Source: Limnohabitans sp.
GTDB taxonomy: Bacteria > Pseudomonadota > Gammaproteobacteria > Burkholderiales > Burkholderiaceae_C
Direction: 5' to 3'
Length of the DNA: 64,000 nt
Assembly (NCBI GenBank): GCA_024642215.1
Contig: JAHEBO010000002.1
Coordinates: 53,360 to 117,359 of the forward strand
Shown: positions 55,525 through 64,000 of the stretch, in pieces
Layout of the letters: every line of letters starts with the position of its first letter
Position numbering within the stretch: the stretch's first letter is position 1
The notes under the pieces: model-generated
What the model was told of the DNA's origin: nothing
Database searches by the model: none
What the model saw: the letters and a program-made list of their open reading frames with translations, nothing else
Position numbers and translations under genes: made by a program

Positions 55525-55682
55525 GCTGGGGTAAACCTGTACTTTTTTGTATGTGGATTTGGTCAGACCAATTAGGGTTATCTTGGATAAGAAATTATCA
55601 CCAAGAGTGTGATACTGGAAATTAATTTGAGTCAACTGTACTCGCACAGATGTTTGCAAGCATGTTTTTCTAGGGATTAGCA

Positions 55683-56756
55683 ATGGCCAGTGTATCGATC
55701 CGATCCGTCAAAAAGAATTTTGGCGAAGTTCCCATCCTTCACGGTGTTGACATTGAAATCAAGGACGGCTCTTTCACCGTACTGGTGGGTCCTTCCGGTT
55801 GCGGCAAGTCCACATTGCTTCGCATGATTGCTGGCTTAGAAGAAGTGAGCGATGGCGAAATTTTGATCGGCAGCAACCGCGTCAACGACCTGCCCCCCAA
55901 AGCACGTGACATCGCCATGGTGTTCCAAAACTATGCGCTCTACCCTCACATGACCGTGGGCGAAAACATGGCGTTCTCGCTCATGCTGGCAAAACGCCCT
56001 CAAGAAGAAATTGACAAAAAGGTCGCGCGCGCTGCCGACATCCTGGCCCTTGGCGCCCTGCTCGACCGCTATCCTCGCCAACTCTCTGGCGGTCAACGTC
56101 AGCGCGTGGCCATGGGTCGTGCCATTGTTCGCGACCCGCAAGTATTTTTGTTTGACGAACCGCTGTCCAACCTCGATGCCAAGTTGCGCGTGGCCATGCG
56201 CAGTGAAATCAAAGAATTGCACCAACGTTTGCAAACCACGTCTATCTACGTCACGCACGATCAAATTGAAGCGATGACCATGGGCGATCAAATTGTGGTC
56301 ATGCGCGATGGCCGCATCGAACAAACAGGTTCACCCCTTGAACTTTACGACTTCCCTGCCAACCAGTTTGTGGCAGGCTTCATTGGCTCGCCGGCCATGA
56401 ACTTTTTGCCAGGCAAATTGTTGGTGAATGGAACGCAATGCCAAGTTGAATTGCAAGACGGCTTGAAACTTGATTTGCCACACGCCGTCAATGGTCAAAA
56501 CGGACAACCCGTGGTCTTTGGCACTCGCCCTGAACACCTCACCTTGACGGACAGTGGTGGCATTTCGGCTCATGTGGCAGTGATGGAGCCCACAGGCATG
56601 GACACATTTGTGGCGTGTCGCCATGAAGGCGTAGAGTTTTCAGCAGTGTTCCGTGAGCGTCATGATTTCCAACTGGGCAGCACCATCCATTTGCAGCCCG
56701 ACATGGCACGTGCACACGTGTTTGATACGGCCTCCGGCAAACGCTTGGTTGCCTAA
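55683..56756 (+). CDS. Sugar-type ABC transporter ATP-binding protein (UgpC/MalK-like)
   Basis: 357 aa. Walker A GPSGCGKST, signature LSGGQRQRVAMGRA, and a C-terminal TOBE-like regulatory domain. Confidence 0.9.
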   Translation: MASVSIRSVKKNFGEVPILHGVDIEIKDGSFTVLVGPSGCGKSTLLRMIAGLEEVSDGEILIGSNRVNDLPPKARDIAMVFQNYALYPHMTVGENMAFSLMLAKRPQEEIDKKVARAADILALGALLDRYPRQLSGGQRQRVAMGRAIVRDPQVFLFDEPLSNLDAKLRVAMRSEIKELHQRLQTTSIYVTHDQIEAMTMGDQIVVMRDGRIEQTGSPLELYDFPANQFVAGFIGSPAMNFLPGKLLVNGTQCQVELQDGLKLDLPHAVNGQNGQPVVFGTRPEHLTLTDSGGISAHVAVMEPTGMDTFVACRHEGVEFSAVFRERHDFQLGSTIHLQPDMARAHVFDTASGKRLVA

Positions 56757-56831
56757 GTCATCCACCCACACTTCATTTCAATATTTTCCGTTTCTTTCTC
56801 GTCGCTAACCCACACAAACAGGAGACATTTC

Positions 56832-58163
56832 ATGACCAAACTGAATCGACGCGACTTTCTGGAAAACTCAGCCGGCGTTGCGGCAGCTTCCACCACCCTC
56901 GGCATGGGCGCCATGGCTGTCAGCCCGGCAGCCCAAGCACAAACCATGAGCTTCAAGCCCGAAAAAGGCGCCAAGCTGCGTGTTTTGCGCTGGAGCCGTT
57001 TTGTGCAAGGCGACATTGATGCCTACATGGCCAATGTCAAAAAATTCACCGAACTCACAGGCGTAGAAGTCCGTGTCGACAACGAAGGCTGGGAAGACGT
57101 TCGTCCCAAGGCGGCTGTCGCTGCCAACACTGGTGCGGGTCCCGACATCATCTTGTCGACCAATGACGATGCCAACCTGTACCCAGAGAAACTGCTTGAC
57201 GTCACAGACCTGTGCGAATATTTGGGCAAAAAATACGGTGGCTTCTTCCCTGCTTGCCATGCCTACCTCAAACCCGATGGCAAAAAATGGATTGGCGTAC
57301 CTTTGGGTGCTGCAGGCGCCATGTTGGTCTATCGCCAAAGCCAAGTTAAAGCTGCTGGCTTTGACACATTTCCTAAAGACACAGACAGCTTCTTGAAGTT
57401 GTTGAAAGCACTCAAAGAAAAAGGCACACCCGCTGGTTTTGCTTTAGGCAACGCCACTGGTGACGGCCTCTGGTGCAACTGGTTGTTGTGGGCCTTCGGC
57501 GGTAAGTTGGTCGACTCCAATAATAAGGTTGTCATTGACAGCCCCGAAACCATCAAGGCATTGGAATATGCCAAAGAGATGTATGCCACTTTCATTCCTG
57601 GCACATTGTCTTGGCTCGACCCCAACAACAACAAAGCGTTCTTGGACGGCCAAATCAGCTTGACCAACAACGGTATCTCAATTTACTACGCAACCAAAAC
57701 ATCACCCGATGAAAAAGTCCGCGCATTGAATTCTGATGTGTTCCACGCACCCTACCCAGTAGGCCCTGTTGGCACCCCCACAGAATCACACTTGTTCTTC
57801 AACCAAATGGTCATGAAGTACACCAAGTACCCCAACGCAGCCAAAGAGTTCTTGCGCTTCATGATGGAAAAAGAGCAGTTTGATCCTTGGCAGACAGCGG
57901 CTGGTGGCTACATTGCACCACCACTTGACGCCTACACCAAAGGTGCGATCTGGACATCCGATCCGAAGCACACAGCCTACCGAGACCCTGTCAAAAACAT
58001 GCGTCCCGCTGGTTATGCAGGCAAGCTTGGATACGCCTCTGCAGGTGCCGGTGCTGACTTCATCGTGGTCAACATGGTGGCTGAAGCTGCCAGCGGTTCT
58101 AAAACACCCAAAGAAGCTGCAGAACGCGCACAGAAACGTGCCGAGCGTTACTACAAAGTTTGA
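56832..58163 (+). CDS. Family-1 (carbohydrate-type) ABC substrate-binding protein with Tat signal
   Basis: 443 aa. MTKLNRRDFLENSAGVAAASTTLGMGAMAVSPAAQAQ. AGGAGA SD upstream. Confidence 0.85.
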   Translation: MTKLNRRDFLENSAGVAAASTTLGMGAMAVSPAAQAQTMSFKPEKGAKLRVLRWSRFVQGDIDAYMANVKKFTELTGVEVRVDNEGWEDVRPKAAVAANTGAGPDIILSTNDDANLYPEKLLDVTDLCEYLGKKYGGFFPACHAYLKPDGKKWIGVPLGAAGAMLVYRQSQVKAAGFDTFPKDTDSFLKLLKALKEKGTPAGFALGNATGDGLWCNWLLWAFGGKLVDSNNKVVIDSPETIKALEYAKEMYATFIPGTLSWLDPNNNKAFLDGQISLTNNGISIYYATKTSPDEKVRALNSDVFHAPYPVGPVGTPTESHLFFNQMVMKYTKYPNAAKEFLRFMMEKEQFDPWQTAAGGYIAPPLDAYTKGAIWTSDPKHTAYRDPVKNMRPAGYAGKLGYASAGAGADFIVVNMVAEAASGSKTPKEAAERAQKRAERYYKV

Positions 58164-58189
58164 TCTTTGCTCCTAACTGAAAAGTAACC

Positions 58190-59101
58190 ATGACACCCTT
58201 GCTCGAGAGAATTCAGAACAGCCGCAATGTGCTCGGCTTCATCTTCATGCTGCCAGCAACACTTTTGTTGCTGCTGTTTCTGACCTACCCTCTCGGCTTG
58301 GGTGTTTGGCTTGGTTTTACCGATACCAAAATTGGTCGCGGTGGTGAATGGATTGGCCTAGAAAATTACATTTTCTTGTTGGGTGACAGCGTCACACAAT
58401 TGGCCCTGTTCAACACCATGTTCTACACCACAGTGGCCAGTGTCTTAAAGTTCTTCTTGGGCTTGTGGTTAGCGTTGTTGCTGAACAAAAACATTCGATT
58501 TAAATCTTTTTTCCGCGCAGTGATTTTGCTGCCCTACATCGTGCCCACAGCACTTTCCGCCATTGCGTTCTGGTGGATTTTTGACTCACAGTTCTCCATC
58601 ATCAGCTGGATGCTGATGAAAATGGGCTGGATAGACACTTACATTGATTTCTTGGGATCGCCTTGGAATGCGCGACTTGCCACACTCAGTGCCAACGTAT
58701 GGCGTGGCGTTCCCTTTGTGGCCATCACCTTGCTGGCGGGTTTGCAAACCATATCGCCCTCCTATTACGAAGCTTCTGCCATTGACGGTGCAACACCCTG
58801 GCAGCAGTTTTGGCATGTCACATTGCCCTTGCTGACGCCCATCATTGCGGTCACCATGACTTTCTCGGTGCTGTTCACCTTCACCGACTTCCAACTGATC
58901 TACGTCATCACACGGGGTGGTCCGCTCAATGCCACTCACCTCATGGCAACACTGTCATTCCAACGCGCCATTCCTGGTGGTGCTTTGGGTGAAGGTGCTG
59001 CCATTGCCATCGCCATGGTGCCCTTCCTGTTGGCTGCCATTCTCTTCAGTTATTTTGGACTTCAACGCCGTGCATGGCAACAAGGCGGCAGCGACAAATG
59101 A
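58190..59101 (+). CDS. Carbohydrate-type ABC transporter permease
   Basis: 303 aa, 6 TM-like segments. EAA loop ...YYEASAIDGATPWQQFWHVTLPLL.... Confidence 0.9.
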   Translation: MTPLLERIQNSRNVLGFIFMLPATLLLLLFLTYPLGLGVWLGFTDTKIGRGGEWIGLENYIFLLGDSVTQLALFNTMFYTTVASVLKFFLGLWLALLLNKNIRFKSFFRAVILLPYIVPTALSAIAFWWIFDSQFSIISWMLMKMGWIDTYIDFLGSPWNARLATLSANVWRGVPFVAITLLAGLQTISPSYYEASAIDGATPWQQFWHVTLPLLTPIIAVTMTFSVLFTFTDFQLIYVITRGGPLNATHLMATLSFQRAIPGGALGEGAAIAIAMVPFLLAAILFSYFGLQRRAWQQGGSDK

Positions 59102-59970
59102 GCAAAGACAATCAAGACAACGGCGGCATGTCCTATTTGGACACCACCTCTACCAAACTTCTCAAGACTTATTTGCCGCTGGGCTTGTTCCTGTTCGTTT
59201 TGCTCTTTCCGTTTTATTGGATGGGCATTACCACCTTCAAGCCGGACAATGAGCTGTTGTCGCGCGATGGCAATCCGTTTTGGATCATCTCGCCCACCAT
59301 GGCGCACATTGAAAAGCTGTTATTCCGAACAGAGTACCCCCAGTGGATGTGGAACACAGTGGTGGTTTCTGTCACTTCCACTTTCTTCTCTTTGTTTGCC
59401 TCCGTGTTGGCGGCCTACGCCATTGAGCGTTTGCGCTTCAAAGGTGCCAAGCAAACCGGTTTGGCCATTTTCTTGGCCTACTTGGTACCGCCTTCCATCT
59501 TGTTCATTCCATTGGCATCCGTTATTTTTCAACTGGGCCTGTTTGACACGCGATTGGCGCTCATTCTTACTTATCCTACGTTCCTGATTCCGTTTTGCAC
59601 ATGGTTGCTCATGGGTTACTTCCGCTCTATCCCTTTTGAATTGGAAGAGTGCGCCATGATTGACGGCGCCAACCGCTGGGAAATTTTGGTCAAAATCATT
59701 TTGCCTTTGTCTGTACCAGGCCTCATTTCCGCAGGCATCTTTGCCTTCACACTGTCTTGGAATGAATTTATTTATGCCCTCACCTTCATCTCCTCTAGCG
59801 AAGTGAAAACGGTGCCAGTGGGTGTGGTCACAGAGCTTGTTGAGGGCGATGTGTACCATTGGGGTGCACTGATGGCGGGTGCCCTGTTTGGCTCCTTGCC
59901 AGTGGCTTTCATTTATTCCTTCTTTGTTGAGTACTACGTGTCGGGTATGACAGGCTCTGTTAAAGAATAA
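59098..59970 (+). CDS. Carbohydrate-type ABC transporter permease
   Basis: 290 aa from the ATG at 59098 (ATGA overlap with the upstream stop). EAA loop ...LEECAMIDGANRWEILVKIILPL.... Confidence 0.9.
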   Translation: MSKDNQDNGGMSYLDTTSTKLLKTYLPLGLFLFVLLFPFYWMGITTFKPDNELLSRDGNPFWIISPTMAHIEKLLFRTEYPQWMWNTVVVSVTSTFFSLFASVLAAYAIERLRFKGAKQTGLAIFLAYLVPPSILFIPLASVIFQLGLFDTRLALILTYPTFLIPFCTWLLMGYFRSIPFELEECAMIDGANRWEILVKIILPLSVPGLISAGIFAFTLSWNEFIYALTFISSSEVKTVPVGVVTELVEGDVYHWGALMAGALFGSLPVAFIYSFFVEYYVSGMTGSVKE

Positions 59971-59980
59971 ACATCCAGGC

Positions 59981-60003
59981 CCACTGCTGCAGTCCTGCAG
60001 TGG
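59981..60003 (+). terminator. Weak hairpin after the ABC operon (attenuating terminator candidate)
   Basis: CCACTGC-tgcagtcct-GCAGTGG, followed by a moderately T-rich stretch. It lies between the permease stop and the next Bug gene. Confidence 0.3.
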
Positions 60004-60028
60004 ACCTTCCTATTGGTTTGGAGGCGTG

Positions 60029-61006
60029 ATGAAAACTTTGAAATGCTTTCCTAGGCTTTTCTGCGCAAGCATGTTGGCTATCAGCTTGAGTGCCACGGCC
60101 CAAAGTTGGCCCACCAAACCCATCAAACTCATCACCTCTGCCGCACCAGGTGGCGTGGTCGATATTTACGCCAGACGTCATCAGCCTCACTTACAAAATG
60201 AGTTAGGTCAGGCTGTCATGGTTGAAAACAAACCGGGCGCCTCGGGGGCCATTGCAGGCGATGCGGCAGCGAAGGCCGATGCCGACGGCCACACTCTCTT
60301 CATGGGCAGCCAAAATGAATTGGGCCTGATTGGACAGTTAGGCGTCCCTGTTCGATACGATCCCGCCAAGGACTTTTCTATTGTCGGCCTTACCATCGCC
60401 GGTTACCCCATTCTCATGGTCAACTCTCAATTGGGGGTTAAAACTGTGGCCGAGTTGGTGGCATACATCAAAGCCAAAAATACCAGCCTAGATTGCGGCG
60501 GCAGCGGCACAGCCACCATTGGCCACTTTGTCTGCGCTGCATTTGCCGTGCGTACGGGCTCCAAAATTCAATACGTCCCCTACAAAGCCAACGTGCCAGC
60601 CATGACGGATGCGGCATCGGGTCAGGTGCAACTGGTGTCCGCCTTCTACAGCGAAGTTGCCCCCTTCATTGCCACAGGAAAATTGATTCCTTTGGGCGTG
60701 TTTGGCGCCACCCGTTTGCCACTTTTGCCCAATGTTCCGACCATGGAGGAACAGGGATTGAAAGACCTAGAACTCCAAAGTTACACGGTCTATGCGGTGC
60801 CCACAGGTACCCCGGTCGCTGTTCAACGCAAGCTCAACACTGCCATTGTCAAAGCAGCCAATCACCCCGATGTCATGGACAAAGTGAAAGCTGCAGGCGG
60901 TGTTTACTTTGACATGAATTTAGAAGAAACGCAGGCTTGGCAAAAGCGCATTCAGACGCGGTGGAACAACATCGTTCAAGAGACTGGGATCAAACTGGAC
61001 AAGTAA
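60029..61006 (+). CDS. Bug/TctC-family substrate-binding protein
   Basis: 325 aa. GGAGG SD upstream. Signal peptide, then WPTKPIKLITSAAPGGVVDIYAR. Confidence 0.9.
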   Translation: MKTLKCFPRLFCASMLAISLSATAQSWPTKPIKLITSAAPGGVVDIYARRHQPHLQNELGQAVMVENKPGASGAIAGDAAAKADADGHTLFMGSQNELGLIGQLGVPVRYDPAKDFSIVGLTIAGYPILMVNSQLGVKTVAELVAYIKAKNTSLDCGGSGTATIGHFVCAAFAVRTGSKIQYVPYKANVPAMTDAASGQVQLVSAFYSEVAPFIATGKLIPLGVFGATRLPLLPNVPTMEEQGLKDLELQSYTVYAVPTGTPVAVQRKLNTAIVKAANHPDVMDKVKAAGGVYFDMNLEETQAWQKRIQTRWNNIVQETGIKLDK

Positions 61007-61049
61007 TGCTGCGCGTCTTCACAGCATGTCCTCGGTCGTTCAGCGCGTT

Positions 61050-61841
61050 TCACTGACCCGTATTTTTGGCGGGCACTGACACGGCCTTGCCCAAATGCAA
61101 ACCAGAGTCTAGAAGAATGGTTTCACCCGTCACAGTGCGAGCGCCATCCACCAACCAAATAATAGATTCAGCAACATCTTCTGCTGTACACGCGCGAGCC
61201 AAGGGAGTCGTTTGCTCGTATTGCGTTTTAAGCTTTTCAAAGTTTTCCTGACCTACGCCGTCAACAAACCAGCGCGTTGTGATCATGCCAGGACACACCG
61301 CATTGACTCGCACATCGGGTGCCAAAGAACGCGCCAAATGCAGAGTCATGGAATTCATGGCCCCTTTTGATGCAATGTATGGAATGCTGGAGCCAATGCC
61401 CAGAGCGCCCGCAACAGACGACACATTGACGATACAACCTTGCGATGCTTTCAGATGATCGACACATGCGCGAACCATTTGAAATGTGCCGAGCACATTC
61501 ACTTCAAAGATGCGATGGAAAATGTCTGCATCCAAAGCATCCCAGTTGCTGCCTGCAAAAGTAGTGATGCCTGCGTTGTTAACCAAAGCGTCCAAGCGTT
61601 GCCATTTAGCCATAGTGGCCTCTACCATCGAACGGCAAGCCTCATCATCAGACACATCCCCTTGAACCAATAGGGTCTCGGCGCCTGCAGCACGGCAGGC
61701 TGCTTCAGACGCCTTTGCTTCAGTTGAACTTTTTGAATAGTTGATGACGATGTTGTAACCGCGTTGGGCCAAACCCAATGCAGTTGCAGCACCTACTCCC
61801 GTTGCAGAACCAGTGACCAGTGCAACTTTTTTATTCGTCAT
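61050..61841 (-). CDS. Short-chain dehydrogenase/reductase (SDR)
   Basis: 263 aa from MTNKKVALVTGSATGVGAAT (TGxxxGxG). NNAG motif and catalytic YIASKGA (YxxxK). Confidence 0.9.
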   Translation of the reverse strand: MTNKKVALVTGSATGVGAATALGLAQRGYNIVINYSKSSTEAKASEAACRAAGAETLLVQGDVSDDEACRSMVEATMAKWQRLDALVNNAGITTFAGSNWDALDADIFHRIFEVNVLGTFQMVRACVDHLKASQGCIVNVSSVAGALGIGSSIPYIASKGAMNSMTLHLARSLAPDVRVNAVCPGMITTRWFVDGVGQENFEKLKTQYEQTTPLARACTAEDVAESIIWLVDGARTVTGETILLDSGLHLGKAVSVPAKNTGQ

Positions 61842-61866
61842 TGCGTTTTCCTTGTGCATTGAAACC

Positions 61867-61880
61867 TTGATTTATGTCAA
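61867..61880 (+). promoter_or_regulatory. FNR/Anr-type box (TTGAT-N4-GTCAA) in class II position relative to a TATGAT -10 element
   Basis: TTGATttatGTCAA matches 9/10 of the TTGAT-N4-ATCAA consensus. TATGAT lies at 61902-61907. The box centre is about 41 nt upstream of the predicted start site. The usp ATG is at 61932. Confidence 0.5.
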
Positions 61881-61931
61881 GACTGAATGTAATCAGTTCC
61901 CTATGATTTAACAACACTATGAAAGGTTCCT

Positions 61932-62360
61932 ATGAAATTATTGGTCGCAACCGACGGTTCAAAAGCATCTGAAGGCGCAGTCAAATACGCAGCCAGATTG
62001 TTCATGAGTTTGAATCCAGAAAACCACATCACCCTCATCACGGTTCAGGATGACAGCACCTTGCGACTTTTCAAAAAACACACCCCAAAAGGTGCTGTGG
62101 AAGATTACCTTCGCGAAAATGCCGACAAGAATTTGGCTTGGGCAGTCAAGTACCTGAACAAAACCAAGTTGCCACACGACATGGCAATTCGCTACGGTCA
62201 CCCCAGCGAGCAGATTATCAAAGAGGCAAAAGCTGGCAAATTTGACATGATCATCATGGGCACCAAAGGGCGCTCTTCATGGGCAGACACGGTCATTGGT
62301 TCGGTGGCACAGCGTGTGATCGGCAGCTCCAAAACCCCAGTCGTGCTGGTTAAAGACTGA
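61932..62360 (+). CDS. Universal stress protein (UspA family)
   Basis: 142 aa. MKLLVATDGS... N-terminus and C-terminal ...IIMGTKGRSSWADTVIGSVAQRVIGSSKTPVVLV... ATP-binding-type motif. Confidence 0.9.
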   Translation: MKLLVATDGSKASEGAVKYAARLFMSLNPENHITLITVQDDSTLRLFKKHTPKGAVEDYLRENADKNLAWAVKYLNKTKLPHDMAIRYGHPSEQIIKEAKAGKFDMIIMGTKGRSSWADTVIGSVAQRVIGSSKTPVVLVKD

Positions 62361-62433
62361 AAATACAGGCGTTAGCCCCAGTGTTTCTTGTCATTTTTAT
62401 GAATTATCCTTGGACATTCTCTAAGGAATTTTC

Positions 62434-63399
62434 ATGAAAATTTGGCTCAAACGCACCACCGTATTCCTTGCAACCACGTTGGCCATGGGCCTAGCGCATG
62501 CCCAAGTCGACAAACCTATCAAAATTTTGGTGGGCTTTCCGCCTGGCGGCTCGGCCGACATGGCAGCCCGCTTGGTGGGTGAGCGCATGGCGGCAGAGCT
62601 CAAGCAACCCGTCATCATTGAAAACAAGCCTGGGGCCGGTGGCCGAATTGCGGCGGAGGCACTCAAAAATGCCAATCCAGATGGCACCACATTGTTGCTC
62701 ACGCCTGTGGTCGTCCCTGTACTGGCGCCTCTGGTCTTTAGCAAACTGCCTTACAACCCGAGCACCGACTTTGCACCCGTGGCCCAAATTGCCACCTTCC
62801 AGTTCAGCTTGTCGGTCAATGCAGCTCATCCTGCCAAAAACGTACCTGAGCTCATCAACTGGATGAAGGCCAACCCCGCACAAGCCAACTTTGGCAGTCC
62901 TGCACCTGGTAGCTTGCCGCACTTCTTTGGCGTGATGATCAGCACTGGCGCCAATGTCGACATGGTGCACGTCCCCTTCAATGGTGGCGCGCCCCTCATG
63001 AATGCTGTGGCTGGCAGTCAAGTCTCTACCGGCATTGACGCCTTGGTCGATCAAATTGAAATGCATCGCGCTGGCAAAACACGCATCCTGGCCACTTCTG
63101 GCGCCAAGCGCAGCCCCTTGCTACCCGATGTGCCAACGTTTGTTGAATCTGGTTTAAAGAACGTTGAAGGTGCGGGCTGGTTGGGTCTTTATGCCACTGG
63201 CAAAACGCCTGCTGCCACCCTGAATGCACTGAATGCCGCGGCCAACAAAGCCCTTAGCCAAACAGAACTCCGTGAGCGTTTCATCAAAGTAGGCTTGGAG
63301 CCAACAGGCGGCAGCGCACAAGATTTGGCAGACATCATGAAACGCGATACAGAGCGTTGGGGCCCAGTGGTCAAAGCATCTGGTTTCAAAGCTGATTGA
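62434..63399 (+). CDS. Bug/TctC-family substrate-binding protein
   Basis: 321 aa. Signal peptide, then VDKPIKILVGFPPGGSADMAAR. Confidence 0.9.
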   Translation: MKIWLKRTTVFLATTLAMGLAHAQVDKPIKILVGFPPGGSADMAARLVGERMAAELKQPVIIENKPGAGGRIAAEALKNANPDGTTLLLTPVVVPVLAPLVFSKLPYNPSTDFAPVAQIATFQFSLSVNAAHPAKNVPELINWMKANPAQANFGSPAPGSLPHFFGVMISTGANVDMVHVPFNGGAPLMNAVAGSQVSTGIDALVDQIEMHRAGKTRILATSGAKRSPLLPDVPTFVESGLKNVEGAGWLGLYATGKTPAATLNALNAAANKALSQTELRERFIKVGLEPTGGSAQDLADIMKRDTERWGPVVKASGFKAD

Positions 63400-63411
63400 G
63401 AAAGTAAATTG

Positions 63412-63442
63412 GCTTGCAGGCTTTAACCTGCAAGCTATTTTT
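63412..63442 (+). terminator. Rho-independent terminator
   Basis: GCTTGCAGG-ctttaa-CCTGCAAGC followed by TATTTTT, 12 nt after the Bug stop. Confidence 0.8.
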
Positions 63443-63447
63443 CATCT

Positions 63448-63645
63448 ATGAAACTCTCGCGACTCATTCAACCCAAAAATCCAATATTTTGGATTTTGAT
63501 GGTGCTGAACGCCCTGTCGCTTGCGTTGTCTCACATTGTACAAACCCAACAGCTGAATGCGCTAGGCACTGTCCTCGTGGTAGGTTGTGCGGTACTGAAT
63601 GCGATTGCAAGCGCCTTTTTGGCGTGGCGGCTTGTCAATTCTTAG
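63448..63645 (+). CDS. Possible small two-TM membrane protein (65 aa)
   Basis: Two hydrophobic stretches (IFWILMVLNALSLALSHIV and LGTVLVVGCAVLNAIASAFLAW). It has no clear SD, starts 5 nt after a terminator, and its 3' end overlaps the convergent rbgA stop. Confidence 0.35.
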   Translation: MKLSRLIQPKNPIFWILMVLNALSLALSHIVQTQQLNALGTVLVVGCAVLNAIASAFLAWRLVNS

Positions 63646-64000
63646 TCTTGCGCAAAGTTTTTTTCTCTTTTTGAAGAGCCGCTTTTTTCTCGGCGCGTTC
63701 GGAATCGGCCTTCAGGCCTGATGCCAACCACTGCGCAAACTCAGCGGGCGTCTCCAAAGTCAAACGTCCCAACGCCGCCGAACGAAAATCATGAATCACA
63801 ATTTCCGAGGCCTTGGTGGTGTTGACACGACCGCCACTTTGAATAGCGCCACGATAGCGGGCGATGGCTTCAAGCAAAGTTTCATCCGTGTGCTCTGAGA
63901 CGTTTTGAACTTTGTAACGCGCCGTGATGGCTTCGGGGTAATTGGCAATCAAATAATGCAACAACTCCAAAGCCACTTCTTCATCGTCAAAGGCGTTGAC
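63635..64000 (-). CDS. rbgA: Ribosome biogenesis GTPase YlqF/RbgA, C-terminal part (5' end beyond the window)
   Basis: The frame stays open to the window edge; the GTG at 63976 is internal. ...LLEAIARYRGAIQSGGRVNTTKASEIVIHDFRSAALGRLTLETP... matches the conserved RbgA C-terminal domain. Lys-rich tail. Confidence 0.7.
   Translation of the reverse strand, partial: VNAFDDEEVALELLHYLIANYPEAITARYKVQNVSEHTDETLLEAIARYRGAIQSGGRVNTTKASEIVIHDFRSAALGRLTLETPAEFAQWLASGLKADSERAEKKAALQKEKKTLRKTKN

Noticed and set aside
63414-63674. An 86-aa plus-strand ORF beginning inside the terminator hairpin after the last Bug gene.
   Set aside because: It starts within the stem of a strong rho-independent terminator and overlaps the better (though still uncertain) two-TM ORF 63448-63645 in another frame. 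It has no protein-like features.
1-64000. Search for CRISPR arrays, tRNA/rRNA genes, IS elements, integrases, prophage genes, toxin-antitoxin pairs and known defence-system genes (nucleases, helicases, STAND/AAA ATPases, reverse transcriptases, methyltransferases).
   Set aside because: None was seen. All intergenic gaps are at most 183 nt and contain no spaced repeat arrays or tRNA-like T-arm motifs. Every large ORF is assigned to a metabolic, transport or housekeeping family.

Overview
The window is a gene-dense chromosomal segment with about 63 protein genes. It is most consistent with a moderate-GC betaproteobacterium of the order Burkholderiales. That inference rests on six 'Bug'/TctC-type orphan binding-protein genes and on small DUF families (DUF192, DUF1840, DUF3297) that I associate with that order. 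Core genes are icd, aroE, purT, selD-selU, pcp and a partial rbgA/ylqF. They are interleaved with accessory catabolic and transport operons. I recognised no rRNA, tRNA, CRISPR array, IS/transposase, integrase, phage gene or known defence-system gene. No classic novel defence island is visible. The best candidates for undescribed biology are metabolic or envelope modules. (1) A run of at least 10 tightly coupled genes at 2-10399 combines a CoxL/CoxG-type Mo-hydroxylase, an enol-lactonase-like hydrolase, a crotonase, a UbiD decarboxylase with Lys/Ala-rich tails, a phthalate-family Rieske oxygenase, a class II aldolase, two orphan paralogous binding proteins and a Gfo/Idh/MocA oxidoreductase. (2) An exported triad of a DUF1800 lipoprotein, a Tat-signal DUF1501 protein and a serine hydrolase lies at 44445-48405. 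(3) An 8-gene minus-strand operon at 48391-55524 interleaves three Bug binding proteins with a PchB-like chorismate-mutase-fold protein, an Ldh_2 enzyme, an Asp/Glu-racemase-fold protein, an FAD enzyme and GlcG. Smaller items include a perfect 14-bp palindrome embedded in a near-consensus promoter (28687-28725), an FNR/Anr-type box upstream of a usp gene, a small secreted Lys/Ala/Glu-repeat protein, and the absence of any recognisable transcription factor. All calls come from reading the ORF translations and the DNA by eye. No searches were run.
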